A stretch of 64,000 nt of DNA from Candidatus Poribacteria bacterium (GTDB lineage Bacteria > Poribacteria > WGA-4E > WGA-3G). The translations under genes were made by a program, and so were the position numbers. The notes beneath the pieces are model-generated. The model was not told the DNA's origin. It searched no databases and saw nothing but the letters and a program-made list of their open reading frames with translations. Below, piece after piece: positions 50,401 to 58,918 of the stretch. The stretch lies in assembly GCA_963665235.2 (NCBI GenBank), contig CAXXLX010000001.1, positions 480,001-544,000 of the forward strand, written 5' to 3'. Every line of letters begins with the position of its first letter. The stretch's first letter is position 1.

Positions 50401-51839
50401 ACAGAACGTCCTGGACGGTATTCAGGTTTCTCGAACAAGCGTGCAAGTTCCATAAGCACCGCAATCCCGCAGGTTGGGTCAGCCCCAGGGGCAATTGCGG
50501 GAACAACAGACATGGAATCATAGTAAGCGGTGAGGACGACCAATTCATCCCGCAAGATAGGGTCACCGCCTTCAAGGAAACCTCGGATATTTTGTCCAAC
50601 CCGGCGTTCCCATGTCATTTTACCGCTGACACGCACGTTAACTTCGCTATTAGAGAGCCGTTCTTTTAGTGCGGCTGCATCCGATTTTGTAATCCAAAAC
50701 CGGGGAATGTTTGCGGGAACGGTGAGAAATTTGTTCTCTGCTTCACCACGGATAGTTGTTTCCGGTTCAATAAAAACAACTGCCGATGCTCCTAACATCG
50801 CGGCATTAATCCAACGTGTCCCGGAATTAAACGCTGTCAAGACTATCGCGCCCTTTGGTATGAAAATGTCGGCCTCGCTTGCAGCAATGAATTCACCGAC
50901 TTCGTCAATCTGTCCATCTTTATTGTTATCCAGTCCATCTGTCGCATCGCCCGGAATTTCGTCTGTCCAGCCGTTCGCGTTATTGTCAATGCCATCTGTT
51001 CCCCACCCTACGATTTCAGAGAGCAGCGGAATTTCGCCATATTCATCAACCATCCCATCTTCATCGTTATCAATACCATCAGATGCCTTCTGAAGGTGGC
51101 CGTTCAGAACATCGTCCGTAATACTCGCTTGTGTGACGCGATAACGTCTCGATAGGGTAGAGAGCGTATCCCCCACCTGAAGCGAATACCAGAAACCGCC
51201 CACATTGCTGCCGTTGAAATCTGATAGTTGTGCATCGTCAACGTCCAACAGCGGCCCCGTGAGCCCCCCTGTCGGTATAAAAACCGTGTCACCTACCCCG
51301 ATAGGAGTGGATAGGAAGCGGTTTCGTGAATTCTCCACGATGTCTGTCAAGGAGACAGCATAACTCTCCGCAATCTCCTCCAAAGTTTCACCCGCTTCAA
51401 CCGTATGTTTCACCCCATCCGCTATGAGAGATGTCCTGACGAGGTTGGGCCACAACGGTTTGAGCGTGAACGTCTCCAGCACTGTTCCATCAGGCGCAAG
51501 CACCTCCAGCGCACTATTCCCGTGGTCAATGGGAACGGTGATTGAAAACTCACGGCTCTCTACGTTCTGCAAACCGCTCTCGACAAAACGGTCAAAGACG
51601 TATTTGCTGCCACTAGCTGCTTGCGGGTAGCCTGTGACGCGACTGGAGAGACTCGCCATGCGAGCGAGGTCTTTCCGAATATTGCGAATGGAGAGTTCAC
51701 CACGAATTTGGATGGCAGCCGCCGATAAACCGAGGGCACGTTCTCCTTCCGCTGCATAGCAGCTCTTGGGAGTCGGGTTGAACGCAGAAAAACCCGACAA
51801 GAAAATTAATAGAGTTATAAGGACATATATCCGATTCAT
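44457..51839 (-). CDS. Giant membrane protein: two LysM, Asp-rich Ca-binding-like repeats, M28-like peptidase fold with long helical insertion, FtsX permease domain
   Basis: HTVEAGETLEEIAESY, YSLQVGDTLSTLSRRY; DG(I/L)DNxxxGxxDE three times; VLTAYYDS..APGAD..ELAR; VYERVREIGIYSSVGL. Confidence 0.8.
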   Translation of the reverse strand: MNRIYVLITLLIFLSGFSAFNPTPKSCYAAEGERALGLSAAAIQIRGELSIRNIRKDLARMASLSSRVTGYPQAASGSKYVFDRFVESGLQNVESREFSITVPIDHGNSALEVLAPDGTVLETFTLKPLWPNLVRTSLIADGVKHTVEAGETLEEIAESYAVSLTDIVENSRNRFLSTPIGVGDTVFIPTGGLTGPLLDVDDAQLSDFNGSNVGGFWYSLQVGDTLSTLSRRYRVTQASITDDVLNGHLQKASDGIDNDEDGMVDEYGEIPLLSEIVGWGTDGIDNNANGWTDEIPGDATDGLDNNKDGQIDEVGEFIAASEADIFIPKGAIVLTAFNSGTRWINAAMLGASAVVFIEPETTIRGEAENKFLTVPANIPRFWITKSDAAALKERLSNSEVNVRVSGKMTWERRVGQNIRGFLEGGDPILRDELVVLTAYYDSMSVVPAIAPGADPTCGIAVLMELARLFEKPEYRPGRSVLFVAVDAHFQGLAGMRAFMEGIGQDIVGSATDSPGTPTLQGLRRGLSNDIIEFEELGRKLLLSIDRSTLVDLSADFFHDIHGVKADIDSLATTLTALATTRSQIESLHAAQRDFSEQQKKRVTRNRKREKQGFTEEEKSKRNANLIRFEKEALQTTHFLRHIVQRLAQVRTSALDSSRTAQRELIETIALPIARLDTWAVDKLERELQAGKLSDGYGTHPRTSYLLPVKRNDGYEIPTPTDLPPELIPDIELLNKTLANWELSDTRKFALMWTPDKILDRHLNLPDLKKARDARRLIGNSATASREASIAQEQALLLKAQQALVSRRQLSGDSQQEPLGDTAMPANQIKAAINALRDTPEHTLTPDLQIRYLTKNSRERIDAINAQLRQRLTEERAQERTSKDVVGGGESTDILIADLVRDKQGIFEIALRNARLEQERLEKLLESHATLARGYLAEERLILESYLSSAEVEQAEVARAAISAYLAEEHLLQTVKQGATADVNALKNLIIQLPTLTSDLNAETKRLLRDNMLTLRNARLRNIQSRVEKMVRISEAEYNDKIAQIEAAIALQDLFNRYYTSLFCSIDLSSQSNQFGVFNKGWFYDQQPEFVLRREFASIGNKLAAYAADADFGVRVRKLWQATDDQIRQAVMARQWGVASQISDKEALEGKTLETLLSAHYGKLTGLGGVSRLMRMQFEQWQHRGEPSEDMLKDMDYIRKEVERFIRNDVRNAKKSRKNSIRMIAQLPAMLRLRHEDPDTFTEDEIEDIRTLISIVGLGGSSNFVNAISASGGKTWKTYIPGKIAFDSEVATLVGKTGIAFATIEDARVLTDTPLDTIERVDLREDGNLHQQAKTLASLLIQALRDPQMPTAARVGNFYCNLFGDVVEFDARDSALPNKPVSYPILTLRRKHKTMMGVRGDLFAMGDNKGNFEVAGLAMEGRATRRLGGAQEVEAYILDPDSGDIVYAPDLGNYGAKLLPNKVPINTRRRGCRVVTFPCVSTTIYDLVDQRYLRTLRELEIYDALSDSPPEKFGMSKPWQQEGVSAAEPIALVYSEPQKRIKVGMAYGQIGKRLLLIKATKSGMKNPTLYTGEGFVVRENGSIRLTPYVVVRDMWWLDENRSRLYKRFGISSDRLDKLHQFANEYLTRAETALLQNDYQQALKLARAAWGYESRAYPDVKSTGNDVVNGIMFYLALLMPFAYFMERLLFGFPNIHKQIIATFGIFLLVFFFLSQVHPAFQITTTPVIILIAFVVLALTVIVISIIVRKFEEQLEKIRQQGDHKVYKADVGRLSASAAAFSLGISNMRKRKGRTILTCATLVILTFTVISFTSVRTFLRPNRTSLPQVTPRYTGLLIRDQYWRPLEEPVLNSILNDMQKTQITVDALQRLLEQKNERLKKQGQTPVDIPAAIATLREDGFIKTVDEEPVLTVENVVAPRAWYQSSGTGDQSFVQLTRSSNTHDPVPPTHPLTGELPSFAANMLVGMSEMEPTVTGIHRYLQYGKWFDRVDAHTWPTEWPYAIILPKGMADLLKITESDMGKATISVYGADFTVVGVLGIGFKDLTDNDGEELTPVDYQLMQQQRSRGGTGDETLEGELQKYLHLTPDSIAVLPYQVVMNQGGTLRSVAVNMEPQPDDPTLLTSIDKLDLIMAPLMNRIALDFFVGRDKDTYLYSSIGMTSFSGMGNLFVPILIAALIVLNTMLGAVYERVREIGIYSSVGLAPVHIAFLFLAEACVYAIVGAVLGYLMGQAIATTLVYFGWLAGLTLNYSSMSTVVATVIVMIVVLLSTLYPALKASRMAVPDIERKWKLPEPEGDVWHFNLPFTVLQEEALGLNVFMRDYFDAHADESASDFYTDNVTFSTVATDTDAAQSEEHSYQIGMRVWLAPYDLGVSQSIQFVTSPVGGEEEDLYQITLDVHRESGEIASWKRVNRRFLNLLRKQLLIWRTFSVDVRAEFHERGRTESADTQEGTGQLEPVMTTAD

Positions 51840-52480
51840 TAAACACCTTAAAGGCAAATATCGCCGTTTCTTGATAAAAAATTCTTTCATCTTAAAGTTC
51901 ACATTTTTATTATACCAAAATTCTTAAGTTTTTGTCAACAAAAAAAAATAAAAAACGGATGTGTCAACATTTTGTACTTATGTGTCAGTCTACCCTATAG
52001 CTCTCCACCGTTTGTAAAAAATGACGTTGTGATATTTGGGGCATGAGCTTAGTCGGGGCCTACAACGGTGGCATACATCCAAAAAACGGATACGTCATTT
52101 TGGGTTTCCACGCCTCCATTCCTATATCTATCCTTTGGGCCTCCAAAAAGTTTACACATCCCCAAAAAACGTTCCCCCTTCCCACCTATTCGTTTGACAA
52201 AAATTTTACATATCAAAAAAAAATTTGCTTTTTAACGTTTTTTAGGTTAAAATATATTTAACGTTTTTATTCTGTTTCATCTTTTTTATCGGACCTGTGC
52301 TATCGGTTCGCTTAAAAAGTTGAAAGAAAAAAACACGGTTCACGATACACAGACAGATTCCAACTGTCAACGTATCCTGCTTAGCCTGATAATAAGAGCG
52401 AGTTTCTGCTCGCGATTTTTGTGTCAAAATTTTCTAAACGTATACACTGCTTTATTTACAACGAATGAAAGGAAACAGTT

Positions 52481-52873
52481 ATGAGTAAAGATGAAACCGT
52501 CTCTCGGATAAAAAAACGGCGGCTTGAACTAAGCATGACACAGACCCAGTTAGCGAAAATCGCAAACTTAACACCTGCAGCCATCTCACAGTTCGAGTCT
52601 GGGACCCGCAAACCCTCTTTTAACACGCTCGCTGGCCTGTCCGAGGCCCTAAAGGTAACAACAGATTATCTTCTCGGTAAAGAGGAATTGCGATACGATG
52701 ACCTTCTTGCGGACCCGAAGGTTAGTCTCATGTTTAGAGGCATGATGGAATTCACAGAGCGCGATAAGGAAACCCTCTATGAGTTCTATAAATTCCTCAA
52801 GACACAAGCGGATGATGCTACATCAGATGCCACATCAGATGCTACATCAAGTGAAGGTTCATCGGGTCAATAA
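52481..52873 (+). CDS. XRE-family HTH regulator
   Basis: RIKKRRLELSMTQTQLA..ISQFESGTRKP..TTDYLLG. Confidence 0.92.
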   Translation: MSKDETVSRIKKRRLELSMTQTQLAKIANLTPAAISQFESGTRKPSFNTLAGLSEALKVTTDYLLGKEELRYDDLLADPKVSLMFRGMMEFTERDKETLYEFYKFLKTQADDATSDATSDATSSEGSSGQ

Positions 52874-53432
52874 CCCCCAGCTAAAGCATGGGGGCTTGTC
52901 CCTGATGTCCGCCAAGGCTATCACAGGGACGAGGGTAACTTGTTGACTACCGTAATATATCGCAGATGCTGGACGTGGCAGTCCAAAGTATGGTTATCTA
53001 AAAAGGTGGCTTGTTTGTGGTAAAAGCAAGTTGCTGAAGGGTGCTCCCCAAGCCTTAACCCACTACGCTTATGTGATCGGGATGGGGCAATATATACCCG
53101 TGTAAGCGGAGAGCCCGAGAGGGTCCTTACCTGCTTTCTCAAAGAGACCGTGTCAGGTCGGCTCGGAGATGGTGACAGCACTGAAGAGCAGGCTGTTTGC
53201 CTGAATACTGAAAAGAAGCAGCACACTCGGAGAGGATCGCCCACGGGATTGTGGCGAAAAAACAACCCGAAGGAGGAAAACGAATGAACTTCGTTCATTT
53301 GTTTTCCCTCCCCCCCTTTGGGGTAATCTAAAACCGAAAAAGAGGCGGTGTTAGGAGGAAAGCTAATGAACTTCGTTCATTCGTTTTCCCTCCCCCGCAT
53401 AAATGCTAGGGGTCTCCACACCGAATATTTTG
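52866..53432 (+). mobile_element. Second non-autonomous IscB-type omega-RNA element
   Basis: Same GTCAATAACCCCC start and CCACACCGAATATTTTG end as 24553-25002; followed by ATGA. Confidence 0.82.
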
Positions 53433-54356
53433 ATGATGCGTAACCGATTGCACTCTGCGAAGGATAGCCCCGCCGCCACGGCGTGGGCCCTCCTTCGCGA
53501 CCTCGATATACAAGAATTTCCAATCGAACCGAGGCACATCGCAAGTGCCCTCGGTATAGTCCTATGGGAACGTGAATTTGCGGGTAATTATGATGGATGC
53601 CTCATGCGCGTTGGAGATGCGTGGGGTATTCTCATCAACGCGCAAATTCAGTCCGAAGCCCGGCGGAACTTTACAATCGCCCATGAAATTGGGCATTACC
53701 AATTGGAACGCGATACGGAAACCCGCTCCTGTTCCCTAGATGAACGGTTAAACGCCGTAACTGCGGAACAGCGTGAGGACACTGAAGAGACATCCTCACA
53801 GAAGCGGGCGCATCTGCTTAGTGAACAGCGCGCCAATCAGTTTGCCGTTGAGTTGCTAATGCCAACCCCTATGTTTTTGGCGGACGCAGCAGGGCTGACA
53901 GAGGTCGGATTGCCAGCCATTACTGCCCTTGCTGAGCAGTACGGCACATCTTTGACGAGTACCGGCATTCATTACACCCGCCTCTCCGATTTGGTTTGCG
54001 CAATAGTGTTCTCGGAAGCTGGAATTATTCGTCACTTCGCCTACTCCGATGCATTTCGCGAGAATAGGAACTGCTATATCGCTATCGGCCAGACGCTTCA
54101 TCCTGAATCGCTCGCTTATCGGTTAGCGAATGAAACCCGTAAGGAGCCACTCATAGGACGGGTCCCGCTCAGCTGTTGGTGCCGACCTAATCAGCGTCGT
54201 AGGCATAGTAATAAGTATTCCGCCAAGGGGGCCGTAACCACAGAAATTGTAGAACATTCACTACGAATTCCGAGTACGAACCGCGTGATAACGTTTATCC
54301 ATTTTCCTATTGAGGGTGTGATGCCATCTCACAGTGTCATAGTACCCACCACCTAA
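53433..54356 (+). CDS. ImmA/IrrE family metallo-endopeptidase
   Basis: RRNFTIAHEIGH, EQRANQFAVELLMP. Confidence 0.9.
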   Translation: MMRNRLHSAKDSPAATAWALLRDLDIQEFPIEPRHIASALGIVLWEREFAGNYDGCLMRVGDAWGILINAQIQSEARRNFTIAHEIGHYQLERDTETRSCSLDERLNAVTAEQREDTEETSSQKRAHLLSEQRANQFAVELLMPTPMFLADAAGLTEVGLPAITALAEQYGTSLTSTGIHYTRLSDLVCAIVFSEAGIIRHFAYSDAFRENRNCYIAIGQTLHPESLAYRLANETRKEPLIGRVPLSCWCRPNQRRRHSNKYSAKGAVTTEIVEHSLRIPSTNRVITFIHFPIEGVMPSHSVIVPTT

Positions 54357-54452
54357 AGGCGGCGGATTTGACAGGGGAGCGTTAAAATAGCGCGATGCGC
54401 TATCACAGGTAGGAGCGGATGGGATATGAAGAATGCCTGCTACCTTCACATG

Positions 54453-55496
54453 TCACGGGAGCAGACAGATTTTTCCGAAATTTTGACGCGCCTCCAAAAG
54501 ACGATGCGCTTCAGCTGCCTGCTGTAAAGGCAACGTGCGGTCAATGATAGGACACAACCGCTCCTGTTCTAAGAGGCGAACGAGGGTGCGAAGCTCGGTG
54601 ACGGTCCCCAATGCCGACCCCATGAGCGTCAGCTGTTTTTGATACATTTTCCGGATGTCGATTTGCCCTATGTTGCCTGTTGTAACACCGCACGAAACGA
54701 GTCTGCCGTTTTTCGCAAGGCTGCGGATGCTCTGTTCCCAGGTCGCAGCCCCGACATGTTCAAGAACGACATCAACCCCCCGCCCATCTGTTTCGGCTAG
54801 GATAACCTCTGAAAAATTTACGTCGGCATAGTTAATGGTAACGTCTGCGCCGAATTCCTTGGCGCGTGCCAATTTTGCATCTGTGCTAGCAGTCGCAAAG
54901 ATGCGCGCCCCGACTAGCTTGGCGATTTGTAAGCCGGCACTTCCGACACTTCCCCCAGCACCGAGTATCAGTACATCATCACCTGCGCGGAGCTGTGCGC
55001 GCGTGATAAGCATGTGCCATGCGGTGAGATAAGCGATAGGCAGGGCAGCAGCGTCAACAAACGACACGTTATCACCTATCCGAATTGCGTTTTTGGCTGG
55101 GGCCTTAACGAACGCAGCATACCCGCCATCTATCTGGAAGCCGAGCAGGTGTTGCGTCCCACACAGATTTTCGTACCCGTTGATGCAGTCGCTACAAACA
55201 CCACACGGGATACAAGGAGCGAGGAGTACCCGGTCCCCGATAGTGAGTTCCGAATGTGTGCCAGAAATTTCAGCGATTTCACCTGCAATGTCGGAACCGA
55301 GGATATGCGGTGCGCCTGTCTCTGATAATTTCTGTTTTATTTCAGGCCGGTCGCGCCGCGCGTGTATATCGAGATAGTTAACAGCGCACGTTCTAACTTT
55401 AACAAGGATTTCATCACGGTCAAGGGTCGGTTCAGCTACGTCTTGATACTGTAAAACGTCAATCCCGCCCTGTTCTGTAAACGCCAGTGCTTTCAT
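54453..55496 (-). CDS. Zinc-binding alcohol dehydrogenase family (MDR) protein
   Basis: PHILGSDIAG, CGVCSDC..C, GAGGSVG, FGKICL. Confidence 0.9.
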   Translation of the reverse strand: MKALAFTEQGGIDVLQYQDVAEPTLDRDEILVKVRTCAVNYLDIHARRDRPEIKQKLSETGAPHILGSDIAGEIAEISGTHSELTIGDRVLLAPCIPCGVCSDCINGYENLCGTQHLLGFQIDGGYAAFVKAPAKNAIRIGDNVSFVDAAALPIAYLTAWHMLITRAQLRAGDDVLILGAGGSVGSAGLQIAKLVGARIFATASTDAKLARAKEFGADVTINYADVNFSEVILAETDGRGVDVVLEHVGAATWEQSIRSLAKNGRLVSCGVTTGNIGQIDIRKMYQKQLTLMGSALGTVTELRTLVRLLEQERLCPIIDRTLPLQQAAEAHRLLEARQNFGKICLLP

Positions 55497-55534
55497 TACA
55501 AATCCAAATTGTAGGAGGTGTATGCCATACACTA

Positions 55535-55686
55535 ACCTAAGTTGCCACATAGTAGCATAATCTTCCAGATTGTGCATATTTGTGGGCAAATTGGAAGTGA
55601 ACGGGACAAATATTAGCTCATTATCGGCATATTTTCAGTAAAGACGGTGTTTCCAGGTCTAAAAACTTATAAGTAGCAACTTGGGT
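55535..55686. mobile_element. 152-bp ACCTAAGTTGC MITE with 7-bp TSD TACACTA and one REP
   Basis: ACCTAAGTTGC...GCAACTTGGGT; second copy at 55888-56338. Confidence 0.82.
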
Positions 55687-56025
55687 TACACTATCAAACC
55701 GCTAAATATTTAACCATTATATCGAGATAGTTAACAGCGCACGTTCTAACTTTAACAAGGATTTCATCACGGTCAAGGGTCGGTTCAGCTACGTCTTGAT
55801 ACTGTAAAACGTCAATCCCGCCCTGTTCTGTAAACGCCAGTGCTTTCATTACAAATCCAAATTGTAGGAGGTGTATGCCATACACTAACCTAAGTTGCCA
55901 CATAGTAGCATAATCTTCCAGATTGTGCATATTTGTGGGCAAATTGGAAGTGAACGGGACAAATATTAGCTCATTATCGGCATATTTTCAGTAAAGACGG
56001 TGTTTCCAGGTCTAAAAACTTATAA

Positions 56026-56321
56026 TACCATTTTTATTAATTATTCTATCATTACCGGTTGTTAGAAATGAAACGGAGAACGGAAGACCCAAACTAAAAG
56101 TTTATGCTACAAGGAGGCACAAACTGGAAGTTTATGCTACAAGGAGGCACAAACTGGAAGTTTATGCTACAAGGAGGCACAAACTGGAAGTTTATGCTAC
56201 AAGGAGGCACAAACTGGAAGTTTATGCTACAAGGAGGCACAAACTGGAAGTTTATGCTACAAGGAGGCACAAACTGGAAGTTTATGCTACAAGAAAGAGA
56301 CATTTTCAATTAGAAATGGTA
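56026..56321. mobile_element. TACC MITE (reverse orientation) with seven 30-bp REP units, nested in another MITE
   Basis: TAA TSD shown by the empty site at 55670-55672. Confidence 0.9.
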
Positions 56322-56361
56322 TAAGTAGCAACTTGGGTTACACTATCAAACCGCTAAATAT

Positions 56362-57171
56362 TTAACCATACGCGCCATGACTGAGAAATCCGAGCAGCCG
56401 TCGGAGGCGCGGGGATGCGTCCCGATATACAGATTCCGGCATCGTATAATTTACGAACGGATAATATTTATGCCCTACTAATCGGCGCGCATAAGTCACC
56501 TGTGTGATATATCGGGTGCGTTGACTTTGATTCGGACCGCCGCGGTGCCACACCTGATTGTTGAACATAATGACACTTCCCGCTTTGCCGAGGTTATATT
56601 GAATCTTTTCTTCCCATTGCGTTCCCTCCATCGGATTTGGCGGCGATGCACCGAAAAGATGTGACCCGGGAATAACCTCTGTCCCGCCATGTTCAATCTC
56701 CGTAACATCGGTGAGATAGTAGTTCGCAGTAAAGAGCAGTACAGGAAGTTTGACGTTCGTCGGCGGTGCACCTTCTGTGACAATATAGTGCGGGGAGTCG
56801 TCTTGATGCCAAGTCGTAATGCCGCCGCCGGGGCGCGTTTGAAACGAGTTGTTGTGAATGACGTGGCATTCTCCCACAATAAGTGCCTCGGCAAACGAGA
56901 CAATCGGTTCAATTTCAAACAAACGCAGGTTTGCCGGGCTGTGTTCAAACATCCGATGACAGAGATGCATAGTTGATGTGCGGTTTCCGCCGTTCAAACC
57001 GTTCGGATTATTCTCAAGTGACCATTCTAAATCCTGCCGAAGTTCATCGCAGTGAGCGGGGGTCAACACATTTTCAAGGAATAGGCAGCCATCCCGGTGG
57101 AACGTCTCCACCCATTCTTGGATTCTTTCAGGAGTGACGTTCTGTTCTGACAAGTAACGCGTTTCAGACAC
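56362..57171 (-). CDS. PhyH family dioxygenase
   Basis: FHRDG, WHQD, GGTEVIPGSH, WHRGGPN. Confidence 0.88.
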   Translation of the reverse strand: MSETRYLSEQNVTPERIQEWVETFHRDGCLFLENVLTPAHCDELRQDLEWSLENNPNGLNGGNRTSTMHLCHRMFEHSPANLRLFEIEPIVSFAEALIVGECHVIHNNSFQTRPGGGITTWHQDDSPHYIVTEGAPPTNVKLPVLLFTANYYLTDVTEIEHGGTEVIPGSHLFGASPPNPMEGTQWEEKIQYNLGKAGSVIMFNNQVWHRGGPNQSQRTRYITQVTYARRLVGHKYYPFVNYTMPESVYRDASPRLRRLLGFLSHGAYG

Positions 57172-57250
57172 GAAGCACCTCTTTATTATGGAAACCCATA
57201 CAGACAACGTTGAAACCCTGCCAATATAGGTTTCCTGCTTGTAGTATAAC

Positions 57251-57589
57251 CTATCCCATCGCTGCGGCGACGATAATGCCGAGCGAGATTAAGACACCGG
57301 CAACAGCGATACCTGCAGCGGTGTTGTTCTCTTCAGCTATCTGACGGTTCAGGTCATACGGGGTTGCCATATCGAAGACCTTATACCCAATCATTAAAAT
57401 GATTAAGCCAGCGATGCTAAAAACTATCACTAGAATGATATCCCTGGCAATCCCTTTCAAATCAAACAGTCCGTCTTCTTGTGGGGCGGCCTCATCTTGT
57501 GCCTGAACAGTCGTTACAAATAGCGTGAAGACACATAATGATACCATGACCAAACAAAATGTAGTTGATACGATTCTTTGCGCTTGCAT
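57251..57589 (-). CDS. DUF350-like membrane protein
   Basis: YKVFDMATPYDLNRQIAEENNTAAGI. Confidence 0.8.
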   Translation of the reverse strand: MQAQRIVSTTFCLVMVSLCVFTLFVTTVQAQDEAAPQEDGLFDLKGIARDIILVIVFSIAGLIILMIGYKVFDMATPYDLNRQIAEENNTAAGIAVAGVLISLGIIVAAAMG

Positions 57590-57609
57590 AGTTCCTCCAA
57601 TAGATTAAG

Positions 57610-57633
57610 GTAGGAGCGAGCTCCCGCTCGCGA
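57610..57633 (+). repeat. GTAG-family REP hairpin
   Basis: GTAG-GAGCGAGCTCCCGCTC. Confidence 0.6.
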
Positions 57634-57658
57634 TTAACCTGTGTGATACTCACAACGC

Positions 57659-58918
57659 CTAAAGGCGTGTGCTTCTTTGCCTCCTCAGGGGAGGCTTACT
57701 TGATTTGAGCCCCGAAAACGGTGACCACTTATCAAGTCGACGCAGGTGCGGATTAAACCGAACACCTGTGGGGGATACCACAGCCCCGACTACAGGGTTG
57801 AAAAGCCAGCCCTGATACTTTGTCAAAATGTTGCTTGCCCACACAACGTCTCTGTGTCCGTTCCAACCGCATTTAGAACAGTGGTAATTTCTGCCACTCG
57901 GCTTCTTGCGATTACGGCAACTCGGACAAGTTTGTGAGGTATAGGCTTCGTTTTCTGTCTCAACGTTGATGCCTACCGCTTTTGCTTTGTAGGTTATCAG
58001 GTGTTCGATTTTTGAGAAAGACCACTGGTGCAACTTCTGATTGGCGTTTTTGCTATAGTTAATAGATTGTCGTATGTGCTTAATGTCACCAATGACAATC
58101 GTTTCTATCCTTCGCTCTCGGCAGGAAGAAACAAATCGAGACGTGATTTTGTGACGCATATCACGTAATTGATTAGCAAGCGATGCAAGCGTTCTATCTT
58201 TAGCACGTTTTAGTTTTTTCCAACGCTTGCTATAACGTTTGCACCTTGATAGTTTTTGGTTGATTTTCGCCTTAAACTTTTCGCAATACCTTGCTTTACT
58301 TCGGATTTCGCGGCCGTTATAAATCTCGGAATTAAGTCCATCAAAAGCAACAATCGGATGTATTTCGCCCATGTCCACAGCAACCACAGGACCCGCTTTT
58401 ACTTTTGTCCGCTTCGGTTGCGTTACGTAGGTTGCGTGGAACTCGTATTGTTTCGTGGTTCGGTTATAGACAAGTGAGACTCCAGCGGGCACTTTCTTAT
58501 GGAACTTCTTATCAATCTTAATCCAGAGTGGGTCTCTGCCTTTGCCCAGAGAAAGCCGTAGCTTACCGTGCTTGTAGGTGATACCTGTAGCACGCCACGT
58601 GAAAGTATGGAACTTATGCTTTGGAGGCTTTGCTTTGGGATTAGAAGCTTTATTAGAAAAGAAAGAACGCCTTGCACCGCAATAGTCGTCTATGATTGCC
58701 TGAACGCTATGGGCATGGCAGGGATACCGCTTGAATTTGAGATATGCCTTAAGTCCACCGTCTGAAATCCAAAAGCCTTTTCGCCTGTGTGTTTTGAACG
58801 CAAGCGATACCGTTTTTGAATAGATACGACCGCCAAGCCGATTCATCTCGTCTAACTGCTCTGTAGGCTTGGCGGTTCCTATGATATAAGTGAGATAATC
58901 ATTTTTGGACCTAGACAT
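57659..58918 (-). CDS. tnpB: RNA-guided endonuclease TnpB
   Basis: AVDMG, IVIGD, EAYTSQTCPSC..CSKC, HRD..ASNI. Confidence 0.92.
   Translation of the reverse strand: MSRSKNDYLTYIIGTAKPTEQLDEMNRLGGRIYSKTVSLAFKTHRRKGFWISDGGLKAYLKFKRYPCHAHSVQAIIDDYCGARRSFFSNKASNPKAKPPKHKFHTFTWRATGITYKHGKLRLSLGKGRDPLWIKIDKKFHKKVPAGVSLVYNRTTKQYEFHATYVTQPKRTKVKAGPVVAVDMGEIHPIVAFDGLNSEIYNGREIRSKARYCEKFKAKINQKLSRCKRYSKRWKKLKRAKDRTLASLANQLRDMRHKITSRFVSSCRERRIETIVIGDIKHIRQSINYSKNANQKLHQWSFSKIEHLITYKAKAVGINVETENEAYTSQTCPSCRNRKKPSGRNYHCSKCGWNGHRDVVWASNILTKYQGWLFNPVVGAVVSPTGVRFNPHLRRLDKWSPFSGLKSSKPPLRRQRSTRL

Larger units (their letters stand above)
55365..56369. repeat. 353-bp direct duplication; second copy carries an extra MITE
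   Basis: 55365-55717 repeated from 55718, including the 5' end of the MDR gene. Confidence 0.9.

Noticed and set aside
55694-55942. 82-aa ORF as a separate gene
   Set aside because: Duplicated 5' fragment of the MDR dehydrogenase plus MITE sequence.
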